This document shows, in pieces, positions 12,849-25,508 of a stretch of DNA of 64,000 nt. Position numbers and translations under genes: made by a program. Each line of letters opens with the position of its first letter. The stretch's first letter is position 1. The stretch comes from Octopus vulgaris (Eukaryota). The notes below the pieces were generated by a model, which was not told where the DNA came from, searched no databases, and worked only from the letters and a program-made list of their open reading frames with translations. The DNA is taken from contig OX597827.1 of NCBI GenBank assembly GCA_951406725.2, forward strand, positions 29,698,001-29,762,000, written 5' to 3'.

Positions 12849-13689
12849 ATAAGAAGTCTCGAGTTAATTCTGTTGAATTTGTCTATTGGAATTTGATGAA
12901 CTAGTTCCGTTAAGTTGTGCGTTGACAGGAAATGAAAGAAGGAAAATGGCGATAGCGGAAGTGGTTTTCGTCTACATTAAAGAACAACGTGTGGCTCACA
13001 AGATAATAAAAAAAAAAAAGAAACCCCTTCAAAACTACAAATTAGATTTTAATCAACCACACTACAGACGAGAGAGAGAAAAAACAGCAAAAAAGAAACA
13101 TAATTTGTTATTTTCTTCAATTGCTTTTGCAATCACCATCATTGTTCATGTCACTGTAGTTGTTGTTGGCGGCGGTGGCAACTGCTGTGGTGTGGTGGTC
13201 GTGACGGTGAGGCTATTGTAGGCTGTGACTGCGAGAGTGTTGTTGTTGTTGCTGTTTGTGATGACGAAAGTTATCGCTTCACAATAGACTGCTTATTCTA
13301 GTTATTTGATAGCAATCCCAGTACAAATATCTGTTGATAGTGGTACATTTTTAGTTTAGCCTGCTGGTTGTTCTGAAACAATATTTAATATATTAATAAT
13401 AACTGAATAGCTTTTATAGGACTAATTAATTCTTTCACTCAATTGGCGTTTGTTTGCTGGGCGGCATTGACAGGCGTACATATACTTAGACACACGCAAG
13501 CGCGTGTATGTGTGTATATGTCTGTATATCCGTATACGTTTATGGTGTGTTAGTTTGCGCGTGTAAATATATATGTCTATATACATACGAACGTACATAT
13601 TTATGCGTATATATAGATGTATATGTGTACCAATATCCATGTATGTATATGTATATGTGTGTATGTATGTATTTATATATGCATGTATG

Positions 13690-13740
<51 letters not shown>

Positions 13741-14141
13741 ATATATGTATGCGTGTATGTATATATGTGTGTGCGTATGTATGTATATGGCTGTATGTAT
13801 GTGTGTGTATGTATACATCTGTGTATTTATGTATTTGTGTATGTATGTATGTATGTGTGTATGTATGTATATATGTATGCGTGTATGTATATATGTATGT
13901 GTGGCGTATGTATGTATATGACTGTATGTATGTATGTGCATGTAGGTATGGATGCGTGTGTATGTATGCGTGTGTATGTATGCATCTGTGTATTTATGTA
14001 TGTATGCATGTATGTATGTGTGTGTATGCATGTATGTATGTATGTGTGTGCGTGTGTATGTATCTATAGCTAGATAGAATTACTACTGTTTATATTACAA
14101 TCTGTAACTGGATATAATTTTAAATATTTATTTATTATTAA

Positions 14142-14536
14142 CTAGCAGTATCGCCCGGCGTTGCTCGGATTTGTAAGGGAAATAACTATATAAGCATTTT
14201 TAGAGATGTAAAGTATAATAGCCATCTCAATATGGCTAACCACAAAGGAGGGGGTGTTACTGTAGCTTTTTACGTTCTGAGATTTAATAATAATTTTTTA
14301 GAGAGTTACTTCCCTTATATATGCCAAAAATGCATTAAAATGGGAAAAATTGATGGTAAATTTTTTTTAAATCGTAGACTCATCGTAGACGCGCGCTAAT
14401 ACCCAGAAGGGCTCGATATGAATCACGACTATAAGATACCCGGTTTTGGTTAAACTGCACCACAAAATGTGGGAGTAGTTAGGAATCTAAATCGTAGGAG
14501 ACAAACAGCACACAACCTTACTTTTATATATAAAGA
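14142..14536 (-). mobile_element. Non-autonomous Helitron
   Basis: Minus strand starts A|TCTTTATATATAAAAG and ends with a GC hairpin (ccgagcaacgccggg) plus CTAG|T; AT insertion site, no TSD. Confidence 0.8.
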
Positions 14537-14969
14537 TATTCATAGAAATATATATGTGTGTGTGTGTGTGGTTCGTTTATGGGTGTTCGCGAGCATGCTT
14601 GAGTACACGTAGTGAGTAAGCGTGTACAGATGAGTGTATCTGAGCGTGTACGCGCCCACGTGTGTGTGTATATGTGTGTGTGTTTGTATTGGAAACTGGA
14701 TAGTTAAGCGATTAAGTGAAACAATACGAATTAGTAATCGGAAAAATATGTTTCTGGACTTCTATAAGCAATTTTGCGAGTAACAAATACCATGGTTGCA
14801 AAAATGGCATGGCTGTGTGGTCAAAAGCTGACTTCCCAGTTACATTGTTTCGAGTTCAGTCCCATTGATGGTGACACCTTGCGAAAGTGTCTTCTACTAT
14901 AACCTGCGGCCAATAGTGCCTTGTGCATGGATTTGGTAGACGGAAATAGAAAGAAGCCTGTCGTGTATG

Positions 14970-15047
<78 letters not shown>

Positions 15048-15118
15048 TCATCATCATCATCATCATAATCATAATCATTTAACGTCCATTTTCCGTGTAT
15101 ATATATATATAGATAGAC

Positions 15119-15150
<32 letters not shown>

Positions 15151-15151
15151 C

Positions 15152-15212
<61 letters not shown>

Positions 15213-15215
15213 TGC

Positions 15216-15283
<68 letters not shown>

Positions 15284-15404
15284 CTTTGTGTCTGTGTTCA
15301 TTCGCTACCGTCGTTTGACAACCGATGTTGCTGTGTTTATAGCCCCGTAATATAGCCGTTCGGCAAAACAGACCGATAGAATAAATACCGGACCTAGCAA
15401 AACA

Positions 15405-16232
15405 ATGCCTCCACCAAATTTGGAGGTGGTCTAAAGAATGGGACCTGTGTCTGAACGTGTCAAAGTGCTGTCATCTGCCTGTTGGCTCTCCTCCTGCAAC
15501 TCAACTTGATTTGGAGCCGGGTCGTCTGCTGCTGGAGAGGACCGATCAGGTAAAGGACCTGGGTATCTTGGTGGATTCCTCCTTTTCGCTTTCGGCCCAG
15601 TGCGTCCATGCTGCCAACAAAGCACGCGGAATTCTGTTCTTGATTCGACGGTCATTCGGAATGCTCACAGCAGCCATATTCCTACCACTCTATGTCACGC
15701 TGGTGAGACCCATATTGGAATACAGGATTCAAGCCTCTTCTCCTTATCTCCTCAAAGACATACAGCATCTCGAAAGAGTCCAGAAGCTGGCTACCCGCAT
15801 GGTTCATGGTCTCAAAAATTTGTCCTATGAAGAAAGGCTGAGGACGCTCGACCTTTATTCTCTAGAAAACGCCGCCGCCGTGGTGATCTCATTCTCGCCC
15901 ACAGCATCATAAGCGGAAAGTGTAACCTCTTGAAAGAGCTGTTCTTCACTCCTGCTCCAAAGCGTCGGCTGCGGGGTCATTCCGAAAAGCTCTACCTGCG
16001 ACGATTTCATCTCAATCGAAGGAGAGGAGCTTTCTCCGTCCGGGTTGCGGATCCGTGGAACAAGCTGCCAGACGAGATGGTGAAGATGCCGACGACCGCT
16101 TTGTTCAAAGCCTCCCTTGACCTCAAGTGGCCTGAACTCTTTACATGAACACCACCCTGTACTTAACTCCATGTCCCCCAACATGGCCTTGCTATTTGCT
16201 TTTGAGCCAAATTAACTAACTAACTAACTAAC
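15405..16232 (+). mobile_element. 5'-truncated CR1-type LINE, same family as 50027-54287, inserted in a family 1 SINE
   Basis: Nearly identical to the ORF2 C-terminus and 3' UTR of the long copy; (TAAC)n tail; SINE halves on both sides. Confidence 0.93.
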
Positions 16233-16359
16233 AATAATGAAGTACTGCGGGTTGATTCATTCAACTAAAATTCCTCAAGGTGGTGCCCAGCATGGCCGTA
16301 GTCTAATGACTGAAACAATTAAAAGAATAAAAGAATACATATATGTGTGAGTGTGTGTG

Positions 16360-16433
<74 letters not shown>

Positions 16434-16512
16434 ATAAGATTAGCTCGTATACGAGTGGGTATATATTTGTAAAAAACGAAGTTTGAAAATGCTGCTATAT
16501 TAGACAAATTTT

Positions 16513-16560
16513 AATTTTTAACAGGTTTCGGTTCTTGAAATGACGAACCTTATCAAAAAA
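16513..16560 (-). ncRNA. Decayed hammerhead ribozyme
   Basis: UUGAUAA (vs CUGAUGA)-GGUUC-loop-GAACC-GAAAC-CU-GUU. Confidence 0.55.
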
Positions 16561-16760
16561 AATTATATATAATAAAGGGAGTTCATGCTATATGTTTAAA
16601 GAGTATGATGTAATAGTTCATAATTGTGACATATATTCAATAGAGTCAAATATAAAAAATTCATATATAATAAAGGGAGTCCATGCTATATGTTTAAAGA
16701 GTATGATGTAGTAGTTCATAATTGTGACATACAGTCAATAGAGTCAAATATAAAAAATTT
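16561..16760. repeat. Tandem duplication, about 100 bp x2
   Basis: tatataataaagggagt(t/c)catgctatatgtttaaagagtatgatgta...gagtcaaatataaaaaatt occurs twice. Confidence 0.9.
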
Positions 16761-17069
16761 ATGTTCTTGAAAAGGCAAGGAGTTCATTTTATATTTTACC
16801 TTGTGTTCCAATGGGAGCAACAGTAATGATTTTTGGTCGGTGTCTGTTCGCATAATTTTGGTGAATTTTGTGATTGTTGGGTTTATATGAGCTCAGCTAA
16901 GCTGTGGTCCCTTGCACTTTTCACTGACGTCGTATAGTTCCAAACCAATCAAAACCCAGTCTCAACGAATATAGTGAAAAGACTCTTGACTGTATACTGT
17001 TAGGCCACGGAAGAAATACGTCATCATTTTTTTGACGAATCGAAATTAGATCTGACCCATGACTGTATC

Positions 17070-17309
17070 CTGTTAGGTGGCTAGTCCAGCAGAACGAGAC
17101 GTCATCAATATTTGACCAATCATCCTGTTGGGTGGCTAGTCCAGCAGAACGAGACGTCATCAATGTTTTGACCAATCAGAATCGGGTCTGTTAGGTGGCT
17201 AGTCCAGCAGAACGAGACGTCATCAATGTTTTGACCAATCATCCTGTTAGGTGGCTAGTCCAGCAGAACGAGACGTCATCAATGTTTTGACCAATCAGAA
17301 TCGGGTCTG
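17070..17309. repeat. Minisatellite, ~55-63 bp x4, inside the PLE
   Basis: Unit ctgttaggtggctagtccagcagaacgagacgtcatcaatgttttgaccaatca. Confidence 0.92.
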
Positions 17310-17638
17310 ACCCATAGCTGTATCGTGTGGGGAAACCGACCAAGCAGGGTGACAATAGCTTGACCACTGAGGTAATACGTCATCAGTTTTTTGACGAATC
17401 AGGATTAGATCTGCTCGTAGAGAAAGAGATCTTTTTATAAATTTTTCCTTCCCGTCAGCGTGAGTGACTGTTTAAGGATCTGAGAAATTGTAATTCGCCC
17501 CACCTCCATTATTATAATTCTCTCACTGTGGCCGTAGCAACAGTGACCACGGTGGTTGTAGTAGTAGTGCGAGTTGGGGCAGTCGTAGTGGTTGTGGTAG
17601 AATTTCGTTTCTCTTTTTCGGAGGACCAATGTTTTGTT

Positions 17639-17965
17639 TTAATATTCCTGGCCCAGGGTGTTCAAACTTGGTCTAAATTTTTTGATGAAATAAAGTTCTT
17701 TATTTTGGCGTTGCGTGAAGGTTACGCTGTCACTGAATTTATAAAGTGGGTGAGTTGTAAATTTCGGATTTACATTTGCAGCACATCTATCTATGTGTTC
17801 GCTGACCGGTATTTTTCGGTATTCAGAGTTTCTAATTTGTGATTTATGCACCGCCATCCTGTTACGTAAGCTATTTTTTGTATGGCCTATATACTGCCTA
17901 TTGCAACTTGCGCATGTTAAGACGTAAATTAAGTTTTCTGATGCGCAGGTGTGAACTGATGGCCT
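17639..17965 (-). pseudogene. PLE GIY-YIG endonuclease with CxxC insert
   Basis: TCASENLIYVLTCASCNRQYIGHTKNSLRNRMAVHKSQIR...VSEH...KELYFIKKFRPSLN. Confidence 0.88.
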
Positions 17966-17967
17966 TG

Positions 17968-18026
<59 letters not shown>

Positions 18027-18617
18027 GCACATCACCATCATCATCATCATTTAATGTCTGTGGACGGTTTGATAGGAGTTTGCAAGCGGATAGGAGGAGC
18101 AGCTGACTCCATTGTCTGTTTTTATAGCTGGATGCCCTTCATAACGCCAACCACTTTACAGAGTGTACAGCGGGGGACTCGTGCGACTCATTTTCATGTT
18201 CCAGGACTCCAACAGTGTATGTAGATTTTATAATTGCGCGAGGCAACGATAAGAGTTGAAAAAAGCTGGAAATTAGTTTTAAAAGAGTAACTACATATCA
18301 AAATAGGAGACTGGAAAATAGTTTCTGGTAATATGTACTCGCCACAGCACGTGTTTCATTTGCTAATAAAAGTTACAACATTGTACACGCAGTAGAAAAC
18401 ATGTAAGATATCTCCTCTGTCTGAAGAATTTCTAGTAAGAGATATGTTTCTCCTACATGTACAATTTTGTAAGTCCTGCTAGCAAAGGAAACACGTGTAA
18501 TGGTGAATAAATGATTTCAAAAACATTTTTCCAATCTCTTCTTTTCGTATATATATATATATATACATACATACATACACATGTATATATGTACATACTT
18601 ACACACACACATACACA

Positions 18618-18656
<39 letters not shown>

Positions 18657-19889
18657 CAAAAAGATCAAAACCAAGAAGATCAAAGTTTCCTTCTGAGCCA
18701 TGGCTGCATGAGGCCGGATTCCCAGATTCTGTGACGCATATATGCTCCACTCTTGGAGCGGACACCAGTCTGTCGAGGATTACACATTTCCGCCTGCTGC
18801 GTGGACTGAGGCAACATGAAATGAGGTGTTTTTCTCAAGGACATAAAGCATCTCCCGGTCCAGGATTCGGAATCACAATCATACGATCAAAAGCGAAACG
18901 CCCTAACCATTAAGCTGTACATTTCCTCACTAAGTAGATATGTGATCTGAGTCTCGACGGTTGCCACATTATGCACGGTACGCTATACAAGCCCATTCAA
19001 TCGATGTGCTATCAAACCATGAAACTTAAAGTAGCTCGTAAATAACTCCTGTATTCATTAAATTCTTAACTTTCTTTTTCTTCTTTTTACTCAGAACACT
19101 TTTTTCTTTTACTTTTCTCTCATTCATTCTCGTTCCTTTTTGTTTGCTTTTTCTTAAAGATCAGCGCCTTTTCTGTTTTTTATTTTCTCAAAACCCAGCC
19201 ATATCGTATATTGGAGTTTGGAAGATTGCTTCGAAACACATGGTTTATTATACAAGCTTGTCCGATCTACGTGTACTCAAAGCATCACGCTAACAGTAAC
19301 TTGAATTTAAATCCTGTATATATAAATATATATGAGTCCGTGTGTGTGTTTGTGTTGGGAGGTGCGTATGTGTGCGCGCACGTGTGCGTGTGTATGCAAT
19401 ACATAAGCATTTTATAAATGTATATATACACATATATGTAAACACACAAAAGGATGTACACACACACGCACACACACACATACGCACTCACATACTCAGA
19501 CGTACACACACACATACACACACATACGCACTCACATACTCAGACGTACACACACACATACACACACACACAATACTCATAAACCCATTTCGGTGGCTAC
19601 GAACATGAAGGATGTGTAAAGATTTTTATCGTGGAGACACATCTGTTGCCGGTTAGTTAGAACAGTTTAGAAGAGGATAAAATTACCGGTTCTTATATAA
19701 TCTAACCAGGAAGGGAAAGAATGTTGAGAGGAACCCATCGGGATTTGATCGCAGAAATATGAGAAGTGGAAATTAAAGTATTGAAATCTCTATTCCTGTT
19801 TCCTGTCTTCTCTTCCTTTTGAATGATACACGCCCATGTGTGTGTTTGTGTATGTGCATGTGTGTATACACATGAATATATGTATGTAC

Positions 19890-19945
<56 letters not shown>

Positions 19946-20151
19946 TATAAAGAGACAATGGGTCAGATACCAAAGTATATGTATGTATATATATATATAT
20001 ATATACACACACACAACATACATTATATGCATATATATATATATACATATAATGTATGTCTGTGTGTGTGTATATATATATATATTATATGTATATATAT
20101 ATATACACATATATATATAATATATATATATATATACACACACAGACATAC

Positions 20152-20195
<44 letters not shown>

Positions 20196-20206
20196 AACAT
20201 ACATTT

Positions 20207-20246
<40 letters not shown>

Positions 20247-20777
20247 TGATACATTTTCTTTCTGAGTATTTAACATATATATTTCTGTGAGTGTTTATAT
20301 ATATACGTCTGCCTCTATGTACTTTTGTGCTCGCCTCTGTACGTGTTTGCGTGCTTGTTTGAAGACACATGCATACACACACACATACGCACGCACACAC
20401 ACACAAACACACATAAGCGCGCGCCCACTTATACGCTCACTTATGTAAGCGTACACGCGCGCATGTATGTAAACAATCGCTTAATTACGATTTAGCATTT
20501 TAAGATAATGCTTAGGGAGCTAATGTTTAGTGCAATTGCATTTGGGAAGAACGTATCATAGACAGGGTGTGAGGGCACATTTCTGCACCTTCAAGTATTA
20601 AACACCATTTCTTAATTATTACAATATGTCTCTTTGTCCTTTACAAACTAACTAACGTAGGGACATATCTAGCGGTCACTCGACCAGCTAGGCATGACAT
20701 CTAAAACTTACTCAAATTACACCCTTTCTCTTTAAAAAAAAATATGCTGTGTGACTAAAAGACCTTGTATGCATGGT

Positions 20778-21258
20778 CAGTACCATCTTAAGGCAAGATC
20801 TCAGTGGACGGTAACCCAAGGGGCCTCACGAGCCTAGGGCCCTATTTCTTTTTCTTTTCGCCCTTTGCAAGCCTAGCCAGGCTCATGGGCCCGGTTTGCC
20901 GGTTTCTGTGGCGTATGTGTTCCTCCCAGCTGGACGGGACGCCAGTCCATCACAGCGCTACTCAAGAAACAGGAAGAGAGAGTGAGAGAAAGTTGTGGCG
21001 AAAGAGTACACCCCCTGCCGGAGCCTCGAGGAGCTTTTTTTAGGTGTTTTCGCTCAATAAACACACACAACGCCCAGTCTGGGAGTCGAAGTCGCAAACC
21101 TCCGACCGCGAGTCCACTGCCCTAACCACTGGTCATTACGCCTCCACCTAGGACCCTATACTGATCTTTATATGTATTGGTTTGCTGCCAATAATCATGT
21201 ATACATGGCCCCGTGATTGACTTGGTCGGGGGCCTACAATGCTGCTTAGACGGATCTG
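20778..21258. mobile_element. Probable hAT-type MITE interrupted by a family 4 SINE
   Basis: Degenerate TIR cagtaccatcttaa / ttagacggatctg; subterminal gggcc motifs; weak 8-bp TSD tgcatggt / tatatgat. Confidence 0.4.
20850..21148 (-). mobile_element. tRNA-derived SINE, family 4 (sister of 34190-34465 +; related 3' parts ~24380-24545 and ~24950-25070)
   Basis: Reverse complement matches ggaggcgtaatgaccagtggttagggcag...ttcgactcccagactgggcgttgtgtgtgtttattgagcgaaaacacc. Confidence 0.85.
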
Positions 21259-22137
21259 TATATGATTATGATTTGATCATATTTCGTTCTGGATATACTT
21301 CATTCATAACTGAGTAACAGTTAATTAACAACAGACAATGGAACACTGAATGATTTGGTCCTTAATACGATATATCCGAAGGATAGTTACCACTGATGGA
21401 GGGCCTTCTATTGCAGAGCTTCCGGATTCAAAATCCACCAATATGTAACACTGGTCAAAATTGAAAGACACGAGATTTCCTTGTCGAATCCTCTTCAGTA
21501 AATTAATCCCCGGAAAAAGACCATGGTGATGTGATCGTTGTCTTTACAAAGATCAGATAAGGTCTTGCCATAAAATGCTTGAAATGAAAAGAAAATTAGG
21601 GAACTGAAGCGAAGGACCCTTCTGAGTGACATCACTCTATCACCATCGAAACTAACCTCCGAAGCCTTCTTGATAAAGAGAGTGATTTTCGTGACACCCG
21701 GCTGTAGAAAACACAAAAATCTGTCTAAGAAGCAATGAACTCAATGGAGTCAACAGTCATTCCACAACTACGAGTGGAGGACACAACTCTCTGTTAAAAC
21801 ATCTCTGTAGGAGAAGGGAAACTTTTGTGTAAAACCTATGACTTCCTTTGTATCCAATGACGTACATTAGCAAAAGTTGGGACAAACGTTGGACAGTGAG
21901 ACATATTGTAATAATTAGGGGTTACTCTTTTACTTGCTTCAGTCATTTGACTGTGGCCATGCTGGAGCACCACCTTTAGTCGAGCAGATCGACCCCAGGA
22001 CTTATTCTTTGTAAGCCTAGTACTTATTCTATCGGTCCATTTTGCCGAACCGTTAGTTACGGGGACGTAATCACACTAACATCGGTTGTCAAGCGATGTT
22101 GGGGGGACAAATACAGACACACAAACATATACATACA

Positions 22138-22200
<63 letters not shown>

Positions 22201-22588
22201 GCTGGGATTCTTTCAGTTTCCGTCTACCAAATCCACTCACAAGACTTTGGTCGGCCCGAGGCTATAGTAGAAGACACTTACCCAAGGTGCCACGCAGTGG
22301 AACTGAACCCGGAACCATGTGGTTGGTAAGCAAGCTACTTACCACACAGCCACGCCAGTGGTGTTTAATGCTTGAAGATGCTCAAATGTTAGCTGTGTTG
22401 ACCTAATAATAACCACACCCTGAATATGATATGTTTTTCCGAAGTACAACTGCACTAAACATTATCTCCAAAAGTATTATCTTAAAATGTTAAATTGTAA
22501 ATAAGCAATTGTTTACATACACGCGCACGCATACGCATACATAAGTGAGAGTACACATGCGAGTTTGAGTGTATGAGTGTATGTATGA

Positions 22589-23330
22589 GTGAGGTCGATT
22601 GAAAAGTTCATAGGCAGGCTAAGGTATTGTCAATTAAGTTTATTTTTCAACGTGGTCGCCCTAGGAGTCAGTAATTTTTTTCGCCGGTGTTGCACTGCCT
22701 GGATCCCATTAGGGAAGCTTTTAACCTGTTATTCCAAAAAAGTCATCAACAGCAAATATGAAGTCATCATCACTGTGATACCGGTTCCCAGCCAAATGCT
22801 TTTCCTTGTTGCGGGGGATGGACAGATGATAGACGGATGAGACGAAATCAGGAGAATAGGGTGGGTGATCAACTAGTTCAAAACCACAGTCAAACACAGC
22901 AAAGACGTGTGTTGGAACATTGATAGCCTTTCGTAACTACCTCAGCAAAACGGCGTAGTACTGTCGATTGAAGGTGTGGCCTTTTCAAGATGGTCAATAA
23001 ATACGATGCCTTTTGCATCCCCAAAAACTTCAGGTCATCACATTCCTCGCAGATGAAATGACATTGACCTTCATTGGAGCAGATGAGGAGGGGTGTTTCA
23101 CCTGCATGGATTATCTTTGTCTCTAGTTCAAAGTGATGACGCCAACACTCATCCTGGATTAGAAAAAGAAACCAGTTGGCTCTGCTTCAAACAATGTCAG
23201 ATTTTCCCGTGATGTCATCAGCCTGGTGTGCTTTTGATCAGGTGTCAAAAGATGTGGCACCCACCAAGCAGAAGCCTTCTTTATGCCAAGTTCATTGTGC
23301 AGAATATTCTCAACTCTCTCACGGGAATGC
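22589..23330 (-). mobile_element. Mariner transposon fossil, internally deleted
   Basis: WWVPHLLTPDQK, DECW..HFELETK and ELVDHPPYSPD motifs. Confidence 0.85.
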
Positions 23331-23524
23331 CATACATACATACGCATACATATATACATATGGTGGAGGAGGAGAGAAAACCGTAAAAACGCAAAATATA
23401 ACCCCGTCCTCCACCAGTTCTTCCATAGCTTCTATGTACTTGTTCTTTCGCATAAGAATTGGGCGTCTCAATCATCAACGTCATCGGCATGGGGGAATTA
23501 CGCCATCAGAAGGAAACTGGAATA

Positions 23525-23779
23525 CAGCAATCCCTCTCCATATCGCGATTCACCTATCGCGGTTCACATATCGCGGTTCACCTATCGCGGTTTACCTACC
23601 GCGGTGTATTATTAAACTTACGTTGATTCCTCTGTGGTGTTGTTTTGCATTTATGATAAAATAAATATATACAAATTATATATAAAAAAAACATACAGTA
23701 CTGTTTCTTCTTCATGGTTTTTCACCTAACGCGGCGGGGAGGTTGGAACGTAACACCCGCGATAATCGAGGGGTTACTG
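23525..23779. mobile_element. Tc1/pogo-type MITE
   Basis: TIR cagcaatccctc..atatcgcg / cgcgataatcgaggggttactg; TA on both sides; internal (tatcgcggttcacc)n repeats. Confidence 0.8.
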
Positions 23780-24191
23780 TATTTGGATTCAAGAAACAGC
23801 TGACAACTCGACTGATACGTAAGGTTAAGATAAACATTGACAAAAATATCAAGCAGTGATATATTTGGAGAATGCAGTCCTGGAATACAATCTAAGAATA
23901 AAATAAATTAAAGACGAGACAACAACAACAACAATGCTGACCTCGAAATGTTTCGGAAAAGATTTGAAATATCTTGTTAATGCGTAGCAAAGAGAATTCG
24001 TGAAATTTTCTTGAAGTAAACGAGAAAAGGGATTATAAGTGATCGGATGTGAAAATCGGAATATTTCGTTTAAGTGTTGATTTTTCCTACGGCTCCTGTA
24101 TGAAGCTGGGAGGGATTTGACGGCCGAGTTCATAAGTTAATGGAGAGTTGAGCGGTTTGAATCAGACTGGCAGACAAATAGATAGATAGAT

Positions 24192-24248
<57 letters not shown>

Positions 24249-24279
24249 TACAGTCATACATACATACAGACAGACAGAC

Positions 24280-24381
<102 letters not shown>

Positions 24382-24825
24382 CTCCTTCTCAAGCCATCCC
24401 TGGCTCATAAGGGCCAGTTTCCTGATTTCCTTGACGTGTAGGTTCCCCACCTGGAGGGGACGCCGCTCCGTCGCAGGTGAGCTGCAAGATGCAGGAGGAA
24501 AGAATGAGTGAAAGTTGTGACGAAAGAGTTAGCAGAAGTTGGCCGTTACCTTTTTTTTATGGCGATAGAGTATAATCTGAAGGCTATTTGGCTATTTCTT
24601 GCAGATCCATCGACCATATAGAGTGTGTGTGCAACGGGGTTTTTATATTATCATCTACCAAATCCAGTCAGTGATTTTGCCTGTCCAATGTTATAGCAGA
24701 AGACACCAATCGACGGTGCCGCCGCAAAGCGGAACAAACTCGGAACTAAGTAGCTGGAAAGGAAACTTATCGCACAGCTGCGCCTGCGCTTCTGTCTGCA
24801 TATATTTATGTGTGTATGCATACAT

Positions 24826-24953
<128 letters not shown>

Positions 24954-25233
24954 TTTCTCACTTTCTCTCACCTTCGACGGACTGGCATCCCGTCCAGGTG
25001 GGGAACCTATACGCGAAGGAAACAGGGAAACCGGCCCTTATGAGCCAGGCATGGCTTGAGAAGGAGCAAACAATCTATATATAACGTAAAGTATACTAGC
25101 CATCTCAATATGGCTAACCACTAAGGGTGGGTGTTACTGTAGCTTTTAGCCCCAGCTGGCTTTAGGCACACTTTCTGTGCCCTTATGATATTTGCAAAGG
25201 GAGGTCATCCCTCTCTCGCAAACCTAAGTGATA

Positions 25234-25277
25234 CGCACGGACTACAGTTTCGAGGTATTTGCCTCTTGTCAACGTAC
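25234..25277 (-). ncRNA. Decayed type I hammerhead ribozyme in a pLTR-like element (~25083-25300 plus ~30632-30840) split by the Tx1 LINE
   Basis: cguacg-UUGACAA-GAGG-caaaua-CCUC-GAAAC-UGUA-GUC-cgugcg; all three stems pair and the core differs from CUGACGA by two transitions. Confidence 0.7.
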
Positions 25278-25508
25278 GGTAATTACCGGTTTTCGGTGAA
25301 TAATTCTTTATTATGATTATAAAATCAGTACATAGAAGAACAATACAGGACATACATACAAAAAACAGTTAAGTGGTTCGTTTAAAAATTTCCAAAATAT
25401 ATGGATTATTCATTATACAAAAAACTGTATTTAAATTGTCCTTTGCATTGACTAATATAACATTACATTAGATTGAAATCTTACCGATATATTTTAAACC
25501 CCGGCAAC

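Larger units (their letters stand above)
16430..17972 (-). mobile_element. Penelope-like element 3' fragment (GIY-YIG plus long 3' UTR/pLTR) flanked by (TA)n
   Basis: GIY-YIG remnant at 17639-17965; decayed HHR near the 3' end; internal tandem repeats. Confidence 0.82.

Noticed and set aside
17070-17309. CRISPR-like repeat array
   Set aside because: Units are contiguous with no unique spacers, there are no cas genes, and the context is a eukaryotic retroelement.
21290-21900. Possible degraded LINE ORF1 (PW.CDRC-like motif)
   Set aside because: Too many stops and no unambiguous motif.
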